A stretch of 52,597 bases of DNA from Spirogloea muscicola (Eukaryota). The stretch is from NCBI GenBank assembly GCA_009602725.1, contig WELB01000027.1, positions 59,683 to 112,279 on the forward strand, written 5' to 3'. The first letter of the stretch is position 1. Every line of letters starts with the position of its first letter. The position numbers and the translations under genes were made by a program. Under the pieces are notes generated by a model. The model had not been told where the DNA came from, did no database searches, and saw only the letters and a program-made list of their open reading frames with translations. Positions 48,130-52,597 of this stretch are shown one piece after another.

Positions 48130-51100
48130 TCAGCTTGCAGAAGAAGCTGCACTCCGCTCCTCACTGAGCTGCAGGTTCTCCATCAAAGCTGGCCTGATGT
48201 GAGTCTTGGCCCCCCCCTTGCTGGAGCACCTCTTGGCAGCCACCATCATTAGCTGCGGTGGTTGACCAAGTGACTCGACGTTCTCCACGTTCTCAATGTC
48301 ACGCTCAGAATCTGTCATAGCATTGACTGCCGCAGCACGGTGCCGTCTCGCATGTTGTATCCTCTGGCCAACTGCGAAGTCCACATCTGAGCTGTCTTCC
48401 ATGGCAACTTGATCTTTGCTCGATTCATTTGCAACTGCCTCAACCGGACTCTGCCGCTCCAAGTCTCCAGCCGGCAAGAGCTCCTCAACTCCAGAGCCTG
48501 TGGAGGACGTCGATAGCCGGGCCATTGCTTGGGCTTTGCTCTGCCGGCGAGGCTGTTGCCGCCTCGCCTTTGGCGCCTCGTCACCACTGGCAGCTTGCAG
48601 CCCTGGATTGCCTGGCAATGCATACAGTGAGCCTGCGGTCTTGCATGCATACACTGCAACAAACGCAAGTCACAAAGGATAGGAAGAACTAGAGTATTGG
48701 ACATATAACAGATGTTGCCTCTGTCAAGACTGCAGGTTGCTTGCAATGTCAGGGTGAAGGTTACATCTGCGATTAGAGTAACACAAGCTGTCAATCACAC
48801 CTGAGCGAGACTTGCGGCGCTGCAATTCTGTGGACTGCTGAGGCTGCCTAGACTCCTGCAGAGTGCCACCGTCATCCACCTCAACACCGTCGCCCTCCCT
48901 TGATGATGGAGCTGCAGCCAGACCTGGCAGGAGCATGAAGCTTCTGACTCTCAGTAACCAACAAATGTGGGCCACCGCAGCACAGCGAGCCGGTTGCCAG
49001 CGCCGGTATGCGGGGATGCAAGGACACAGACCATCCAGCAGAGCTTGGAGGTCATCGTTGGAGATGGGCGCCGCAGGTGCGCTGCTGCTGTCGAGCGACA
49101 GCTGCTCCAGCCTGGCCATCATGTCCTGTAGCTCCATGATCGCGGCACCATCGCCGACAACCTCCTCTGCCATTCTGTCGCAACCAAGTTTGCAGCTCCA
49201 TCAGCGACAAAAGTATTCCTTAATTGTAGTCAGTGGCCTGCAGTCAGGTGCCCGAAAAGCGTCCAGTATTACTGCGCACCTGGGAGCAAGGGCGAGGAGG
49301 ACAGCTATCGGCTCCTGCTGCGACGGACGGAGCGTCAGTGCCGATAAGCACTTCATAAGCAGTGCCAAGAATGCGCGGCGGTCGGGCCGCGGGCGGCCGC
49401 GCACAACTTCTGCTGCCAGCTGGAGGGCAAGCGCCTCGTGGCCCCTATCTGTGTCGTCCTCGTCCACGACAGGCGCCGGCGCAGCTGGGAGGCCCCTGTC
49501 ACTGGCTGGAATCGAGTCATCCGCATTGTCAGCGCCCTGCTGCGCTGCCAGCAGCGGCCGCTGCAGCAGGGCGACCATGAGCCGTGCGAGCTGCGCCGCC
49601 TGCCTGCGCACAGCGAGCAGCCGACGTCGGTGTCAGCTGCTGGCAAGGGCGGCCTTCGTGCCAAAATGGTGTTGCACATGAAGGCACCTATTTCATCACT
49701 TGATTGACTGATAGCCTTAGCTAATCAAGTACTTATGTAAGCATGTAAGAATGGTCTCAGTCATACTTGCAATGACAGACTTTGCTTCTTCTAATTGGTG
49801 TAGTTACACCGATACTCACTTGCGCTTGGCAGTCGCCACACGTGCGCCGTCGGTGAGCTGCGGCCAGCTCCGCAGGACCACCTCGAGGAAGACGGCGGCG
49901 ATGGCCCGCTGCGGTCACGACGGCACGCACAACGCCGGATCAGCAGGCCTGCTTTGGCAGAGGGGGTTCTCGCTGTCGTCTGCTGGCGTAGATGTCCGAG
50001 CTCTGCGACGGCGGCGACGATAAGGGGCACGGAAGATGGAGGGTCTGCAGGGGAAGGCGATATCTCGCCTGGTTTGCAGCGGCCAGGACAGCGTAGTTCT
50101 CGAAGAAGACGTAGAGGCACTGCCGCAGCCGGGGCTTGCGGTCGCAGTCAAGGCTGCTGTACAGCGCCAGGAGCCGAGCCAGCGGCGTCGCCGTCTCGCT
50201 CGTTAGCAGCGGGGCGTCCGGCTGCGGTAGGCAGAGCAGGAGCTTCGCCAGGCCCTCGGCAGCGAGGCCGTGGATGCCCTCCACGGCGCCCCCTCCTCGC
50301 TCCCCGTCTGGTCCGCTGGCCTTGTCCCCTGCATCCCCTCCCTCCTCACCTCCCTCCTCACGTTCCTGGTCCTCATCCAGGAGGGCAACCAGGAGATCTG
50401 AGAGTTGGCGGCCGGCTGTGCCACCGCCGTCGCCGTCCTTTCCATCGAGGCCATCGGCACTGTGGCACAGCGTCAGGTCCACAAGGGCCTTGACCGCAGT
50501 CTGCCGCTCGCACGGTGCGCCGCTCGCGTCTGCCGCTGCTCTCTCCAGCACCGGCAGCGCCAGCTGGGCGGCGCCCGCGTCCATGTGCCCGAGCAGCGCC
50601 AAGCAGCGCAGGCCCGCGGTGCGGACGTGGGCATCGCCGTGACCAGCCTGTGGCAGGAACAACAGCGAGCGTCACAAGCGCCGGCTCGGTGGAACCAAAA
50701 GCAGGCACTCAGCAGAAGAGCGGTGGCAATAAGCGGCGGTGGCTCTCACCGCCGGCAGGAGCAGGTGGTCGAGCAGGGCGGCGGGGCTGGCGCCGGCGGT
50801 CGCTAGCTGGCGCGGCCCGGTGGCGCTGGAAAGCAGCACTTCGGCAGCACCGAGGGCGCGGCCCCAGTCCGTGGCTCCCTGGGGAGCGTCTACCCCTGGC
50901 GGCAAGCCGCCGAGCTCGCCGAGCGGCGCCGCGACGGCTGCTGCCCACTCGGCGCCCTCGCCGTGCACGCGGCGCGAGAACGTGCCCACCACGTCGCGCC
51001 ACTGCGGGCAAGGGAGGCGACCGCAGCCACGTGTCATGCGACTGATCAGGCGAAGCCATGCCAGCAGCTCAAAGGTGCGGTAGTGGACCTGCTTGTCAGC

Positions 51101-52597
51101 CAGGAGGAAGGGCCGGTCTGGCGGCGCCTCGTCGGAGCCAGCTGCTGCCAGCTCAGAGCCAGCGCCGCTGCTGCCGCCGCCGTCGAGCAGGAGGCGGCGA
51201 ACGAGGCCTGCGGCTGCTGCCCGCCCAGCCGCATCGGCGAAGTCCATGGGCACCGCCACATACAGGAGCTGCCGAGCGGCGAAGCGGGCCTCCGGCCCTG
51301 CACAGCCCGACGCGGCAGCGGCGGCCGTCAGCAGCGCCGCCAAGTGCAGCAGCAGGAGGGAGAGGAGGGAGAGGAGCGCTGCCGCACCGCCAGTCGCGAG
51401 GTGCCGCTCCACGAGCCGCACGTGGCCCGTGACGGTCGCCGGCAGCATCGCCTCCAGGGCTGCGTTGACGGCCGCCGCCTCCGCAGCGAGCATCGCCGCC
51501 TCGCCGCCACCGGTGGCCGCTGCTCTCCGGCCCTTGTCCTGCACAGCCGCCGGGCGCAGGGCAGAGGAGCCAGTCATAGCCATGTCAGCTCGACAGCGGC
51601 AGTCTCCCCCAGTCCTCCCTCCCTCCACCCTCCTGACGGCAGGCTGCAGATCATAAGCAGCTCAGGGACGGTGGCGCTCGCCTCGGCCTCGGCGTACAGT
51701 GCCTCGGTGAGGACGCGGAAGCACAGGGCGTGCTCCGGCGCGACACATTCGGCAGCGCCAGGGCTGGCGGCTCCCCCTTCCTCGGCCCACTCGGCCTGCT
51801 GCCGCAGCGTCGCCCCTGGGGACGGCCGGAGCAGCCCGGCCTCCACAAAGCGCCGTGCAGCCAGCTCGGCAACCGCCTCGTTCTGCGGCCCGGCTGCCGG
51901 CGCCAGGCGCGCGAGCAGCAGCGCCACGTCGCCGCCGCAGTGGTGGCCGCACCACGACTCCAGCATGGCGGCACACTCGCTGCGGGCCGCCGGCGCAGGG
52001 TCCGCCAGACCCTCGCGCAGCACGCGCACGCGCTGGTCCACACTGCCGAGGTGAGAGGACAGACACCCACTTCAATCAGGAGGGGAGGGAGAGAGGAGGG
52101 AGGAGGGGGGCCGATGAGGGGACTTCAGATGGGTGCGGCTTGCCTGAGGGCCGTCATGGGCAGCTTGTGAGCGAGCCACGAGAAGGCGGCACGGCGGACG
52201 CCCTCGTTGATGTCGGTGACGCGCTCCAGCACAGCCGCAGCAGCCGCCGGGCACGGCGGGAGGCTCGCCACGATCGCGCGCCGCACGTCCTGCAGCAGCC
52301 ATGGCGGCCCGGAGGTGGAGCCGACACTTCTGGTCAGGCCGCAACTAAGGTCAGAGTAGACGACGGTGGTGGAGAAGGAGACATGGAGGTCTGCGCAGGG
52401 CCGTTGGCTCACGGCGCTCTTGTCGGTGCGGAGGAGCTCGCAGTAGAGCGCGAGCGTGGTGTCGCCGGCGTAGTCTCCGGCGTCGCCGGGGTCCGCCATG
52501 CGGGCGAGCCCGCGCACGGCCGCGGCGCGCGCGGCGGTGAGGCGGTCGCGGAGGCGGCCCTGCGTGGCGGCCTGGAGGTCGTCCCACACGTCGTCGG
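48130..52597 (-). CDS. CAP-G: condensin I HEAT subunit CAP-G (condensin complex subunit 3); 5' part beyond the window
   Basis: RLRDRLTAARAAAVRGLARM...TDKSA|DVRRAIVASL...LERVTDINEGVRRAAF...LSVDQRVRVLREGLAD; later VRTAGLRCLALLG, AVKALVDL, AAEGLAKLLL, RLRQCLYVFFENYA, typical Cnd3/Ycg1 motifs; disordered C-terminus. Confidence 0.88.

Overview
GC-rich, intron-rich eukaryotic nuclear DNA. The gene content (type II metacaspase, TIC20-I, JASON-type motif, wound-induced basic protein, peptidoglycan-binding protein) points to a streptophyte green alga; this is inference. There are two large N gaps (13104-13978, 29260-29664) and three single-N joins. Eleven spliced protein genes can be read by hand: an ABCG half-transporter (5' part missing), type II metacaspase, TIC20, a JASON-like protein, UBC13/UBC35, a 48-aa wound-induced basic protein not correctly recovered by the ORF track, alpha-glucan phosphorylase, a peptidoglycan-binding-domain protein, a conserved WD40-like protein, an acidic C2H2-type zinc-finger protein and condensin CAP-G (5' part outside the window). 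Intergenic DNA and some introns hold many severely 5'-truncated, nested copies of a non-LTR retrotransposon family with a restriction-like endonuclease (RLE, CRE-like). Its subfamilies have different 3' UTRs but share a terminal GGGCTG...CAGCC(C) hairpin. One copy is fused directly behind an organelle-type tRNA-Pro(UGG) sequence, giving a SINE-like chimera. All gene models and family calls come from manual reading and recall of motifs; no searches were run.
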